Shown here: piece after piece, positions 26,126 through 40,200 of the stretch
How the letters are laid out: the number at the start of each line of letters is the position of its first letter
Numbering within the stretch: position 1 is the first letter of the stretch
Assembly: GCA_026026165.1 (NCBI GenBank)
Contig: JAPEUD010000019.1
Location: forward strand, 1 to 64,000
Reading direction: 5' to 3'
From: Sarea resinae
Lineage: Eukaryota
DNA: 64,000 bases
Notes under the pieces: generated by a model
The model's input: the letters and a program-made list of their open reading frames with translations, nothing else
Told to the model about the DNA's origin: nothing
The model's database searches: none
Made by a program: the position numbers and the translations under genes

Positions 26126-29100
26126 ATGCCTGAGGAAACACCCTATGGAAAGAGGCTCTTGCTTACCCGCTTTGACGAACTCGCACTTGAGCGTCCTGAT
26201 CATTCGTGGGCATGGGTGCCTCGAACAGCAGATCTCAGAGATGGCTTCAGGGCTGTTTCCTATAGCCTTCTATGCAACGCTATCAATCGTCTCGCATGGT
26301 GGCTCGAATTATCCCTAGGCAAAGGGCAGAACTTCGAAACGCTGGCTTACATTGGGCCCGCCCTCGATGTTCGATATGTCATACTGTCACTTGCCGGCGT
26401 AAAGGCTGGTTACAAGGTCATTCAATCTCTACCATGTCAGATATCTATTTTGTGCTGATTCCACAAAGCTTTTATTAATCTCTCCTCGCAACAGCGTCGA
26501 GGGCAATCTTTCTCTCTTCGAGAACACTGACTGCAATGTTTTGATTCATCCTTCGAACTTGCATTTCAGACATCTCCTTGAACATCGGCAGATGCGAGAA
26601 TTGATCATCCCCGAGGTGGCGGACATTCTCGACGAAAGCAAAGTGCCACATCATCCGTACGAGAAAACTTACGAGGATGCTAAGACTGAGCCTGTTGTAG
26701 TCCTACATACATCAGGCTCCACCGGTCTGCCCAAACCCATCGTGATCAAGAATGCAATATATGGCTCCTATGACGCGATCAATCTACTAGGGCTCGTCGA
26801 TGGAAAGGAACTGTACATAAAGGACTGGTTTGGCCATCGTATCTTTAGCGTGTTTCCGCTCTTCCACGTAAGTCGTGTTTCTGAATCTGCATCGTACGCT
26901 TCACGGCATCTTCCCTCAGCATCTCTTCTTACATTGCTCGGGCAATGATAGCTCATCAACCTTCATTAGTCGGCAGGTTTCCTCACGGCAACGGCAGCGG
27001 CTGCTTATATGGAAGTCACTATGGTGTTGGCCCCTGTTGGCAAGCCACCAGACGTAGACACTTGCGTTCAAGCATTTGAGCAAGTCGAGCTTCATGGGGC
27101 GTTTCTTCCCCCCGCGATCGTGGAAAGCATGGCAAAATCTCCTTCCTCGCTGAAAAGGCTGCATAAGTTGAAGTTCCTAGTCTTTGGCGGTGGGCCCCTA
27201 TCTCAAGAAGCTGCGCAAATGATCAACACCGAGACGCTCTTATACAGCACCATGGGGGCTACTGAGACCTTCTACCTACCCAACGTCAGGACCGATCCGG
27301 AAGACTATCAGTACTTTCACTTCGCCCCCAGTACTGGAGTCGCATTCCGGCAGCATACCGAGGACCTGCACGAATTGTTCATTGTACGATACGAGAAGGA
27401 ACCATTCTTCCAAGGAATCTTCTGGACGTTTCCTGACCTCCAGGAATATTCGATGAAGGATCTCTATTCGAAACACCCTACCAAGCCAGATTTGTGGATG
27501 TATCGTGGCAGATCTGACGACGTTATAGTCCTGTCGAATGGTGAGAAGGTCCAGCCTGTGGATATCGAAGGCATAATGGGGACCCATCCGGACGTGCTCT
27601 CTGCTCTTGTCGTTGGCCAAGGAAAATTCCAGCCAGCATTGTTGGTTGAATTGCGAGAAGCCTCTCCGTTGTGGGAGAAAAGCCAGGAAGAGAAAATCAA
27701 CGCGATGTGGTCCAAGGTCGAAGCATCAACGCACGATGCTCCCAGCCACGCGAAAATTTCCAAGCAATTCATCTGGTTCACCCCCGCCGCAAAGCCTATG
27801 CTGCGGGCCTCCAAAGGCACAGTTCAGCGCCAGGCGACAACAAAACTTTTCAAGGGCGAGATCGAGGCTTTGTATGAGGCGGCCGAATCTGGGATCAACG
27901 ATGCCGATGTGAAACTTGATGCGCACGATGAACCATCATTGAAGGCCTCCTTGCGTACCATCATTTCGAACGTAACGTCTTTCGAAGTTATCGAAGAAGA
28001 AGCTGATCTCTTTACGCTTGGGATGGATTCTTTGCATGTGCTTGCCATTCGTCGCGCTCTGAAGAAGGGTCTGCAGGGGCAGCTTGAAGAGAGTTCTACA
28101 AGGCTGGTCTATCAAAACCCAAGCGTGGAGAAGTTGACGAACGCAATTTGGGCTCTACTTCACCCTGAACAGGCCGCTAAGCATGATCAGGATGTTCAGG
28201 ATGAACGACGGACGCAGACAATGAAGGCAATTCTTGAGAAATACTCCGCACATCTTCCAATACCGCATCCCACACCAGCACCAAGCCCGACTGGATTGCT
28301 GACGGTCATCCTCACGGGCTCAACCGGCTCTCTAGGCTCTTATCTATTAGACACGCTGCTCAACGACAGCAGAGTAGACAAGATCTATTGCCTCAACCGA
28401 TCCGCAGATGCTCGGGAAAAGCAAATTCAAGTCAGCTCGAGCCGCGGCCTCCCAACAAAATGGGACGCAGCCAGAGTTTCCTTTTTACATACCAACTTTG
28501 CCAAACCGCAAATGGGCCTTGGCCAAGACGACTACCAGCATCTTCTAGGAACTGTCACTCACATCATCCACAATGCCTGGCAAGTCGACTTCAATATGCC
28601 CGTCGGGTCCTTTGAAAGCGTGCACATCGCCGGCGTGCGGCGCCTTATCGACTTCTCCGCCGTATCGCGGCACCGATCCCGCATCTTCTTCGTCTCGAGC
28701 GTCTCGACCGTCATGAACTGGTTTGCCCTGCACCCGGGCGTCGACGTGCCCGAGGAAATCATCCACGACTTTGCCGTCCCGGAAGCCATGGGCTACGGCG
28801 AATCCAAACACCTGGCGGAGCGGCTCCTCGACCAGGCCGGCGCCGTCTCCAACGTCCATTCCGTCATCTGTCGCGTCGGGCAGGTGGCCGGGCCCGTCTT
28901 GCGCAAGCAGGGAAAATGGAGCCCGCAGGAGTGGCTGCCGTCCATTCTCGCGAGCTCGAAATTCCTCAATGCCGTACCGGACGCTCTGCCTGCCGGCTTG
29001 GGCGCCGTCGATTGGATCCCGGTGGATCTCCTTGCGACTATCATCGTTGAGCTCATGCTCCCTGACGACTCTTCCTCCTCCTCGGCGCTTTCTTCTCCCG

Positions 29101-29492
29101 TGTCCACGACAACGATGACGGCTCCGACGCAAGTCACGCACGCCGTGAACCCACAGCTGACGTCCTGGACGGCCTTGCTCCCAACAGTAACGAAGTACCT
29201 CTCAGCGTCCTCGCACACCAAACCCATCGCCACCGTCTCCTTTGGCCAATGGCTCGACAAACTGCGTGCCTCGGCCCCGACGACGACGGACGACGTGGCC
29301 GTGCGCCAGAACCCGGGCGTCAAGCTGCTGGACTTCTACACGGCGGCCTACGCCGGCGCGGATGCGGACGCGGAACACAGGACCGCCAGATTGTCCACGG
29401 CCGGGTCCGTGGTCAGGAGTCCGACGTTGGGTGGCTTGCAGGCCGTCAATGAGGCGTGGATGGAGCGGTGGCTGGAGCAGTGGGCTTTCTAG
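26126..29492 (+). CDS. NRPS-like adenylation-thiolation-reductase (A-T-R) carboxylic acid reductase; introns ~26417-26468 and ~26868-26968
   Basis: A-domain motifs LHTSGSTGLPKP, GATET, YRGRSDDVIVLSNGEK, KGTVQR. T-domain LFTLGMDSL. R-domain LTGSTGSLG, HNAW, GYGESKHLAE. Confidence 0.93.
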
Positions 29493-30479
29493 CTTCCTTG
29501 AGTCGTCTGTTTCGTTCCTCGTCGGTCTTGCCTCGAAGAAAGAAAGTAAGAAGGAGAGACAGAAAGGGAACAATGTGAGCATACGATTCTAGGGATCTCA
29601 GTGCCCTTGGGGATTGCGCATCTCCCTGTCTGTACGCTGGACGATCGATATACATAGATATATATATACATACATGAATGACGATAATCCAATCCAGTTT
29701 AATTTTCTCTCCCTCTCTCCCTCTCTCTCTCTCTCCCTCTCTCCCTCTCTTCTCCTTCTCCCACCCTCGATACCTCGATTCCCTCGACTGCTAATCTCCC
29801 TAAGCTGAGTGAAAACACTTGATCCACCAAACCAAAGTCTCTACATCAGCCAGCATCAGCCAACATCAACCAGCATAAGCCTTCATTTCTGCCCTAGTAC
29901 CCTAGTATCCTACCAGTCCAAGCGACCGGCCCTACAATTGATAGAAGTGATACTAATACTCTACTGATACTAACTAGTACTGATACTAACACCAAACCGT
30001 CGAGCTAGGATAGATGGATGCATGGCCCTTTGCCTACGCTGTATGTACCTAATCAAGGCTGGAAATGTGATTTGGGATGATGCTCTAGATGAGGGGACGT
30101 CTAGATGAACGTCTGTCTGGATGATCGCTCACATTCAGAATCATAGTTGCTTGCAGTCACCCGCGGTTACTCGCCGCCGTCACTGGCCGTCTTTGAAGAT
30201 GGGGTTGCTGGTAGTGTAGTGTAGTATAGCTTCTATGCTTATATACATGTGCTTATATACATGTATGATGTATGGCTATATACATACTTGAACATCATGG
30301 TTAAAAAGAAGGCGGGGGGCCAGGGAGGTAGAGGAAGGGGTAGGAGAGAGGGGGAGGGGTAAGAGAGAGAGAAGGCAATAGGAATGAGAAAGAGAAAGGG
30401 AATGGGAATGAGAATGAGATTGGAGTTTCAGCGGGTCTGTCTTGGCTGGCTCGCCTGGCTTGCCTGCTAACTTGCTTGC

Positions 30480-30650
30480 TGATGATGATGAATAAGGATG
30501 GTGAGGATGGTGAGGATGGTGAGGATGGTGTAAGGATGAGGATGAGGATGATACTGCTGAACAAGATCGCGATAATGGCGATAATGATAACGCTGAAGCT
30601 GAAGATGAAGCTGAAGATGAAGATGAAGATGAAGATGCTGAAGATCATGA
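30480..30650. repeat. Trinucleotide-based microsatellite tracts (GAT/GAG/GAA)
   Basis: Imperfect (GGTGAGGAT)n and (GATGAA)n repeats in the convergent NRPS-like/GH76 spacer. Confidence 0.8.
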
Positions 30651-31038
30651 TGCAAAGGGTGGAAAACGCTGACGCTAGAAAAAAATGATGCTGATGGATG
30701 ATGCCAGAAGATGCAGAGGCGGGGAAGTAAATAACATAGTGACGAGAAAGGGACGGGCAGATTGACTGATTGACTGACTGACCGACGGGTCGATAGATGG
30801 ATGGGTAGTTAGATGGATGGGTAGTTAGATGGATGGGTAGATCGGAAGATAAGAGGTTGAAAGGCATGGGAAGAAAGGGAGAAGGGAGAAAGGAAGAAGA
30901 AAGAAAGAAAAAAATTTGGCAAGATAAAGGGAAAACGCCAGCGCCGACACCGCCTATACCACCACCTCCATTGCCCCCCACTTTCTCTATTTTCTTTCTG
31001 TCTCTCTCTCACACTCTCACACACACGCAATCACTCAA

Positions 31039-32780
31039 TCACTCGACCCAAATCATCCAGCCCCCAATCGCCAACAACAGCACGACAACCACGACAGTCA
31101 ACGCGGCCGCACCAACCCGATCGCCCGTCGTAACCACGACCACCTTCTCGGGGCTCCCCTGCACCAGGCCGCCGCCGCCTGTGCCAGCACTCGGATCCGA
31201 CTTGCTGGTCCCGCCCGACTTCAGGCCGACGGGGCCGGGCACGCTTCCGATGAGATTGCTCTGGACGACGGCGAGCGCGGACATCTGCTCGCCGACGCCG
31301 TACAGGCCGTCCCAGTTGGCCTGGGTCCAGTGCATGCCGCACGTGACGCCGTCGGTGCCGCCGGAGCACTGTTTGGCGGCCGCGTTGGCCGAGGTCGAGA
31401 GGAGCGGCATGATCTGGCTCGAGGTCGAGGGCACGAGCTGCGAGGTGGCCGCCAGCGATTGCGCGAGGCAGGCTTTGAACGATCGTTGGTCCGTGTCGCA
31501 TACTGTCGTCGGCTCACACGTCGCTTCGTACATGACGTTGGGCACTTGTGGGGAGAAGAAGATGGAGGTGGCGTTCAGGATTCCGTGGACGGCCGAGAGC
31601 CATTTCGGGTCATTGTTGGTCTGGAGAAGACCTTCAGTTTAAAAGGTGGATGAATGGGGAAAACAGTGGCAGTTTGATGGATGGATGGATAGATGGAGAG
31701 AGAAAGAGTGAAAGGCAAGAGAGGGGGCGGGCAAAGACGAGACAGTAAAGCAAGATGAGTTTCTGAAAAGAGAAAAAAACTCACGTAATTCGCCATATGC
31801 GCCGCGCCCAGCAACCAGACGGCGGCATTATAACTCCACTCCCTATGATCGACAGCCGTACAATTATTCTCCATGTTGGTGCCGTCGTAGAAATGATACG
31901 TCGGGCTCATGAGGGCGGACGCATGCATCCAATCGTAGACCTTGTCGGCCCAGTCCGCGTACGTCTGGTTCTGCGTGTACCGGGCCAGCCGCGCCGAGAT
32001 CTGGAAGAGGCCCCCGTTCGAGATGCTGTTTTTGTAGTTGTACCCGGAGTTGAATTGGAAGATCTGCCATCGTAGACCGCCACCGCAGTTGGTCGTGTCC
32101 CACCGAGCCGCTTGCACGTTGAAGACTGCTTGGGCCAGCGCGAGCCATTGCGGGGACGAGGACGGCGGGTCGGGGAATTTGGTCTCGGCTGCTGTCATTA
32201 CGGCGAAGGCCCAGAAGATTTGGTCGTCGTTGCCCTAGAGGGGATAGTGAGCGAGGAGGCTTATAAGGTACGGCAGACTCTGATTTGGGAGGCGGGAAGA
32301 GGAGCAGGACATGTCCTTTGGAATATAATAGGTTTCCTTTCTGTAGTGGCTGGCTTACCTCGACTTTGGTCTGATTAGGAGGCATATAGTCATTGTCTGG
32401 CCCCGTCTGGAATAACAATCCCTGCGTGACAATATCGTTGTATTCGGTGTGGCCGGTGTAGAACCAGTAATTAATCAGTTGGCCGAACATGGCTCCGGCT
32501 TCATACCAGTAGTACGGGTTGGGCAGCATGCCTGGGATCTGGCCGGTTTCGTTGCCGTGGTAATATTTCACCATGCCGTAAGCCAAGGTCTGCGCCGCCG
32601 ATTTGATCGAGTCTGTCAGTGGGAAGGGAAATCAGTCGTTGATTGTTGATCGGGTGCCTCGTCGGGTTACTCACCGGAACTCGTCAGGTCGAGATTGATG
32701 GCCTCGACGGTGCTGGTGCCCAGGAGCAGTATGCACAAAGCCGAGACAAGAGTCCGCCATCCATCGTGAACTACTCTCAT
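31039..32780 (-). CDS. GH76 alpha-1,6-mannanase/transglycosylase, DCW1/DFG5 family, GPI-anchored (4 exons)
   Basis: Signal peptide, [11 protein letters not shown], catalytic [64 protein letters not shown] hydrophobic tail. Confidence 0.95.
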
Positions 32781-34273
32781 CCTAAGAGCCGCGGGGGAGA
32801 AGAAGTTGTAGAGTAAAGGATTGAGGGGCCGTGGTGCTCAAATGAAGGTACAGTCCTGGATGAATGCGGAAATGAAACGATTGAATGGGTCGAAGCCAGC
32901 GGAGCCGTCGACGATGCGCAACTTGAAGTCGTCAGTTGGATCTGCGCAGTCTGATTCCTAGATGGCAAGGCCGCCAGCACAGGAAGGAAATCCAGCTCCT
33001 TGTGCGCAAGCACACTCGAATCGAAAAACCTCACTTCGAAAGGCCGAGATGTTGGACAAGAATAAAGAGGTTATGTGTAAGTTCCCTGGATAAGAAAATA
33101 ATGCACGGATAACGATTGTGTAGGCTTTCCCTCAACTCTATCAACGAGCGACAGTAGTAGTAGTAGTAGTATGTAGTATCACCAAACGAGCGAGATGTAT
33201 GTATTAAGGTTGTATGTACGGACGTTTCATTAGGACAGTACGTGATGAGACCCGAGCGATGATAACAATGAAGGGCATGATCCTCGTCAGATCTGCAATG
33301 CCTGCCTCTTCAACACGGATACGAGACGAGCGAGCGAAGCAGTAGTGGAATCGAAATAAGCGTTGCAGCGAGAAAAGGAACAAGGGGAAATTAACGCGAA
33401 GGACAGATGAGATAAGAAAGGTTCTCATCTCAGCTTTGGTGCTGCATGAATAGCTCATCGATGCGGAGTCTAACGGAGACTCGATTTGTAAAAGGCACGG
33501 TGGAAACGGGAGAGAATCGAGTAAGTCCCGCCGCAGATCGCTTTTCAGGGGAAAGCAATGTTCGGAAAAGAGAGAAATACCGAAGGACCCTGAATACGCA
33601 TGCGAAAGCGGTTAGACGAGAGCAGTCGGCTCTGGCTGACTGACGCCATGTTCAGCCGTGTCAGAAGAGAGCTGGAACCAAAAGGATATCCATAATCCGA
33701 CGTTGGCGATGAAGAGATAGACCAATTCGATGATTGATGCTGGCAAGAAAAGTACTCGAGATCGCATACGTAGACGTTATATGTCAATCCATGCAAGTTT
33801 TACGAAAGAACATCAAGCACGCCCACCATGATGGCACTCGCGTCAAGCTCCCCCTCGACGCCAAGTCTATCTTCACTTCGTCCCAATAACCTACATAGTA
33901 ATGCTCCACCTCATTTTCTACCACGTGATCGGATCGGTTCTCTCTACCGACACCACCGCTTCATGAATGATCCATGAACGTCATTGGCACATTGTAGCAC
34001 GGACCAGAAAAGGTATCTCGAGATTATAATTCAACTGTATGTTTTCAGAAAAGAAATATCATGACCGGCCGCCGTGGTTTATCCAACGACAGCATCCAGT
34101 AAACATGAGAGGGCCCAGCCGGCACTGTCATCGACCTTCGAATAATCTACATATTTAATCGAACACGCTCTAAAACGCCATCCACCATGCATGATGAGAG
34201 AGATAAAGGAGAATCTGTGACAAGATGATGTTCGTAGCACCCATATCCGATCTACCGCATTGCAAAACGAAGA

Positions 34274-37200
34274 TCACGGCTTGCTCAATTGCTCCTTCCG
34301 GAAGAATGTGAAGAAACCCACGCAGATGACTAGTTGAAATAGAAGTGAAATCCAGAACACTCCGGAATTGAGGCCCGAAGCGCCGAGAGCGAGATTTGGG
34401 AAAACGCTTCCCGGGCCCACCTTATCCGGTGCGGTGGCGCGGGCGAGAATGGTACCGACAGAACCGATGACTTGCGCTGCAATGAGGGTGAAGGTGATGT
34501 GGAAGCGAGTCATCGTCTGGAGCAGGATCATACCGAAACCTACACCCTGTAAGGAATCGAGGATTCCAAGCCACAGCCAGAGAGTCCGGCCGATTAGGGC
34601 ACTGGCAACGGCGCTACCAGTCCATGGAAGGTAGGCACCGACGCCAGAGGTTCCCCATAGCATCTGGCACCATCGAGGAGCACCGAGACCGATAGCGAAC
34701 ACTGGTAGGATCCAGGAATGCGACTTGGATAGAGTGCTGAGGATCCACAAAACGGCGGCCCATACCCCAATGAAGAAGAGGATGACGAGAAGGAAGATTT
34801 GCCATTGGCTGGCGTGCTTTGTCGTCCATAGGTAGCGCCAGTTACGACCGAAGGGGGCCGAGAGGAAGTAGTTCTGGATGAAAACCGTTATGAAGAACCA
34901 CTAAGCAGTCAGGTGGTCAGCATGGACACGATTACGGAAAATAGACGAATGAGACATACGATGATGATCTTTCGCCGGAACAGTGATCTGTAGAAGGAAG
35001 GTACCAGGCCTGGAGCTTGTCGGTAGTATTTGGGCAACCCCAAGTAAAGGAGGATGCCGACTGCCCAGCAGAAAAATGCCAGGGGTATTGTGACGGCGGC
35101 AATAACATCATGCGGAGCGACAACGCTTTGTACCAACCCGGATTCTGTTAGCTTCGTCAAGGCCGAACCCCAGAACCACAAAGCGGCCACGTAAAGCTGC
35201 TGGGTGCCCTGGATAAGGCAAGCTCGGAAAACCCATGAGGCAATAGGAGCACCACCTAAGCAAATTAGCTACATCTCTGGATATGACCGGGAGTGAAAGC
35301 TTACCTTCATCACCAAAATTCAGAGCAAAGAAAATGGACCCGCTGGAAGAAGCAATAGTATACAATCCGGTGGCAATATTTTGTACCCAACCTCGGCCTC
35401 CGTAACCTGATACGAAAGGAGACACACCGATGAATAAAAATGCGAAACCATAGAACAAAAATGGGATAGAGAGAACATATACAGCCTTCACCGCCCGGAA
35501 GAGGAACCACCACAAGATAGAGGTGACAGCATATATTGTAGCGATGATGTAGAGCTTGGTGGCTGTCTGACCAACTTCACCAGTGAGCAAGGTGATTTGG
35601 TATGATGTTGCCGCAATGATTTGACCCTGATACTAATTAGCCAATGTCCGCTGTGCGTTCAAGGATCAAGACTTACTATGGCGAGCAAGAAGGAATAGAC
35701 AGGCCAGTCTCCAATTTTCTGAAGCAGAAGTCTCTTGACACCACTTGGTGGTGTGTAGTCGATACCCAGTTGAAACGGTTCCCCTTCGGAATCGGTCATA
35801 GTATACGTGTCACTTCCATCGCCACGAGATGAATCATTGAAGATTGATCCTACTGGGGTTGAAGGCCTTGTTGAGCGGAACAGTGAAGCCGAAGAAGAGC
35901 TTGCACCTGGCAGTTTGCCCAGTTTCGCGTCGCGATACTGATTGAACCACTTCTTCTCACTCTTGATCAAATGCTCTTCAATGCAGAGATTGTCATCCGT
36001 ACCTCCCTTCTCTCCCATCTGGTCGAGCTTCCTCTCAAATTCGCGAATGTACATGCCCTTAGAATCCGTAAAGAAGGGGTCGACTTTCTGTAAGGCAAAG
36101 TCTGTCCTTTCGCCGACAACGGAATCAAGACTTAGAACCGAGACGGTGCGAGGTAAACCCGCACCTGGCAATGGCGGTCGCAACTGAGGTTGTAGAAGGC
36201 CAGTGTCGGCTTGAGGCGTACTCGGTGAAGAATTGACAGGCGATAGTCCTGGAGAAGGAAGGCCGAGAGACGGAGGAGTGCCTGGAGCGACGGCAGGCGT
36301 GGGAGAAAGGAATTGTCGATCTGGGGGAGGAGACACCAATGTGACTTGGGTGGCGTTCGGGCTTGAAGGCTCAGTGTGTCCACCGACTATGTTCACCAGC
36401 CTCTGCAAAGAAGGTGATTTCGGAATCAACCGCAATTTTGCGTTCTCTTCCTTCGACATCTTGATAGCAGTCGACTGCAAGATGTTGAGGTCTTCCACCC
36501 ATTGGGCGACCGGAAAACGTTGTTTTGCGGATCGGGCTCTCATCATCGCTCGAGTCTCTTGAGAAGAGCCTAACGCGTCGTGGATGGCCATCTTGAATTG
36601 GTGGAGAAGATGTTTCGGCGTCGGAGACTCGATTGTGAACCACCAGCCAGGCATTTGGCCCAGGCCTCCTACCCGGGAGCCGACACCCAATGCTCCTTTC
36701 CGGCCAAATTCAACAGCGACCAGACCGAAGGGCTCATCTCTGGAAGGAATCAGGGCGAACTCCGCACCACTGAATATGTAAGGAGGCAGAGATGTGAATT
36801 CGGGTCTTGAAAATACCCTGCCCGGATATAGCTGCATCAGTTTATCCAACTTCAGAGCCGCAAACCGACCATAAAGATCAATGACCGGGCCAACAGTGAT
36901 GAGTTGGGCCCTCGGATATGACTTCAGAATGTTTGGAAACACGTCGGCGATAAGATCTATGCCTTTTTGCATCGACCAACGGCCGACAAAAACAAACAGA
37001 TCAGCTTGAGGGTCTTCATTGAGGCCTGCCCAAGCCTGCGCCTGCTTCTTGAGCTCCGGTCTTGCTGCCTCAAAGGAAGCGTCTACCATGACATCATCCG
37101 CGACTGACATTTCTTTGCTCCACTCCGCCGTATCCGTCGGGTCAGGATTCGGTAAGCTTCCAATCTTATGCAGACCCCAGAAAATGGGGTATCGTGCGAA

Positions 37201-40200
37201 GGTGCGTTTTCCGTACTTTTTGGACACACCCACTGCTCCAAAGCCCTTTTGGTGGATCCGCAAATAGCTCGCCCCAGCGTGCAGCAGGTTGAAAACGTCT
37301 CCGAATTGAACGTACCTCTGCGCAATATCTGCCGATATATTGAAGACCTTGCAGACTTCATCACGCTCCTTCGTCGATCGCATGGGCCAAAGACCTTGAA
37401 ATTCGGCGTTGTGCAGGGAAAGAGCGCACGGTATTATTCGGGGCAAAAGGTGTAGGGGAGCCAATGCGCCGTGGTAGTCATTGATGTGATACAGATCGAT
37501 TGGAAAGCGCTTCATCGCCTCCGCTATACAGGCATTCCAGGCTGAATAGTAGATGGCGCTGTCTAGATCGTCCATGCGCTCCGGGTATGGTTCGCTCTTC
37601 GATTGTTGTCGGAAAACTGGCGCATCCAAAAGAACGTAGGTGATATTTCGCAGGACATGATACTGAACCTGAACTTCATACACCTGATCCAGAATTGTGA
37701 TGAACATTGGTTCAGCCCGCTGGTCGACGGGATATTCAATGCCGCTAACGCATGGAACAACCCAGATCAGATCCTGATGTCCCAGATTCTTCCCCATTAG
37801 TTGCGCCATGACTCCCAGACCGCCAATCTTGATCTTGATATTCCAATCCTCAATATCATATTCCATGGTTGCAATGAGCACGGTTCGTCTCCCTGGAGCT
37901 CCAATATCCATTTGCAACGGATTGGTTGTAGGCTCTGGCGATTTGGTGTCCCGCAGCGCCAAAGATTTGTCCGTCGAGATGTGATGCTTGAAGTTCCGTC
38001 GTAACGCTAGCGGTATCAGAGGCTTATTCTCGGTGACACCTATCTGATTGAACTTGACCTGATAGAAAGACTTCATGAATATCCAAACGCCAGCAGATGC
38101 CGTTATAATGGGAATGATTGCCAACAAGATGAACAATGCTAATTGTCTCCACCTTGAACCGGTTGGTATTAGTGAATAGCGATAGCTGCCGTCGTTGATA
38201 GATATCTTCCAGGCCACGTATGGTGAGGCGGGTGTGTCGGTGATATTGATCACGTCTTCGATCAGCGATCCTGGGGGTAGCCGATCGAGTACTAAGTCGT
38301 TATCAACATCGCCGAGGATCATTGTTTGATCAGGCTGGCCGTCAGGATCCACACCCCATTCGCTCAGTTGGAAAGATGTTGGCCACTCCGTCATGAAGTC
38401 GAAAAGCCACGTTCCGTTTTTGTCTTGACTCATCTCGCTCGTCAGGCCGGCATCGAAACCATACTGGTTGTATGGGCCATGGACAAAAAGGTGGGGAAAT
38501 CGCCGCGGTGGTACGGTCTTCCCAGATGTCTGTAGATCACCGTGTTGATAATGGTTGCTACTGGCCGTCATGTTACTCCAATACTGAAGAATGACATGCG
38601 AGCCACTCCAGCCCTGCTTCTTGGTCCCAGTCCAGTTCTTCGCCGCCAGGGTAGTATTATCGCCCGTGTAAGGCAGCCAATTGCTATAGGAGGAGCCCCA
38701 GTTGAGCGAGTACCGGAACATGGACGCCCCAGCGGCTTTGTGGCTGACATAGAGATTTTTCTTGGAATCCTCGAAAAGAATATTGTCGGTATAATTTGCT
38801 TCTGCGGGGAAAACCATCGGATTGTCGATCTGTCCCACCCGGAAAAGGAATGCGCTGGGATAGCCTGTAGAGGAGTTCTTGGATTGATTGGTCGCATTAC
38901 CGACAATCACACTGTGGACGCCATTCGAAACGTTTATCAGTGTAGCAGAAAATGTCCACTGAGTGGCAACCCCCGCGGAGAGCCCCGGGGGGTCTGTATT
39001 GGCTCGAGTCTGGCATTTAATGCTCTTTGAATCGATGGTCGGTACTTTTGAATCAGCAGTGGTGGAATTGATGATGATTGACTTTGTGACAGAATTGCAG
39101 TCCATCAAATCGGAGAAATGTATCTCTATCGGCACCGACTCCTGCTGGCCGAGAGAAACATTCGATTTCAGCCGCACGTCGTGTCCTGGTACGAATTCGG
39201 TAATGGAGGGGCTTGGTGCCACCCATTTATCTATCGGTACGAATGCCTTGAAGCTCCAGGCGGTCATAGTGAATTCCGACAGACAGCCGTTCGTATCATC
39301 GGAGCCGTCGATCCATAATTGCGTATTCCCCGACGCCAGCGTATACTCATCGTATGGATAAAATAGATTCTTGACCGTCGTTCCTTTTGCAAATGGAGCA
39401 AGTAGCGCTGCCGATGAATTACTGCAGTTGAATTTGTACTCCACGGTATCCCACTCGTTTCCGTAAACGAACCATACACTCTGGTTGCCCTGGCCTTGAC
39501 CCGTAAAATCCTGCAGTTTCGTGTACATGGAACGCAGGACACTCCAAACGCCCAGTTCCGTAATCGTCCCCTGACTGCCTGGCTGGGTAAGGTTATGCGT
39601 CTGTTTAGACAACTCCTGGAGCGTGTAGCCGTCGTTCAAGACGGGATAAACCTTGCGCAGCTCATACATTCTCTTCAGAATGTTCCGAATTGGGTGCGAG
39701 GGGTCCCGGTGGTCTCGACTGACACTGTCGTCTTTGCAACCGTCAAGAGCAGCGTCTAGGGGGAAATTCGGGTACTTGTCAGAACCAACACTGTAGCAAC
39801 CGTGCAGCTGCCATGCTCGCGAAGAGGTCATTGGGGATCTTCCGTAAAGATAGTTCGAGGCAGTGTTTTCAAGGACATAAAAGGCCTGTTCTTCGCCCCA
39901 CATCAATGTAGGAACACCAGGCAACACCATAGTTGTAATGAACAGACCCAGAAGATTCTTCTGGGTCCCATTAGCAATAGCTGGCCAGCGGAAAACGTCC
40001 TGATTTGTGACTCCAAACATATGTCTTGGATCGAATACACCGGTGTTGGTATTGACAAGATCGTTCGTCCTCACCATGGCATTCCATCCTTCAACCCAGT
40101 TCACTGGAACATCCAGCTCGGCAGCGTAGACACCATCGAGACTTTATGACAAAAGGTTAGTCACGGACAAATCAGACAAGACGTAGTCATCATACCTTAA

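Noticed and set aside
30301..30981. 226-aa hydrophobic ORF and overlapping MK/ED-repeat ORFs
   Set aside because: They arise from simple repeats in a convergent 3' spacer and have no domain
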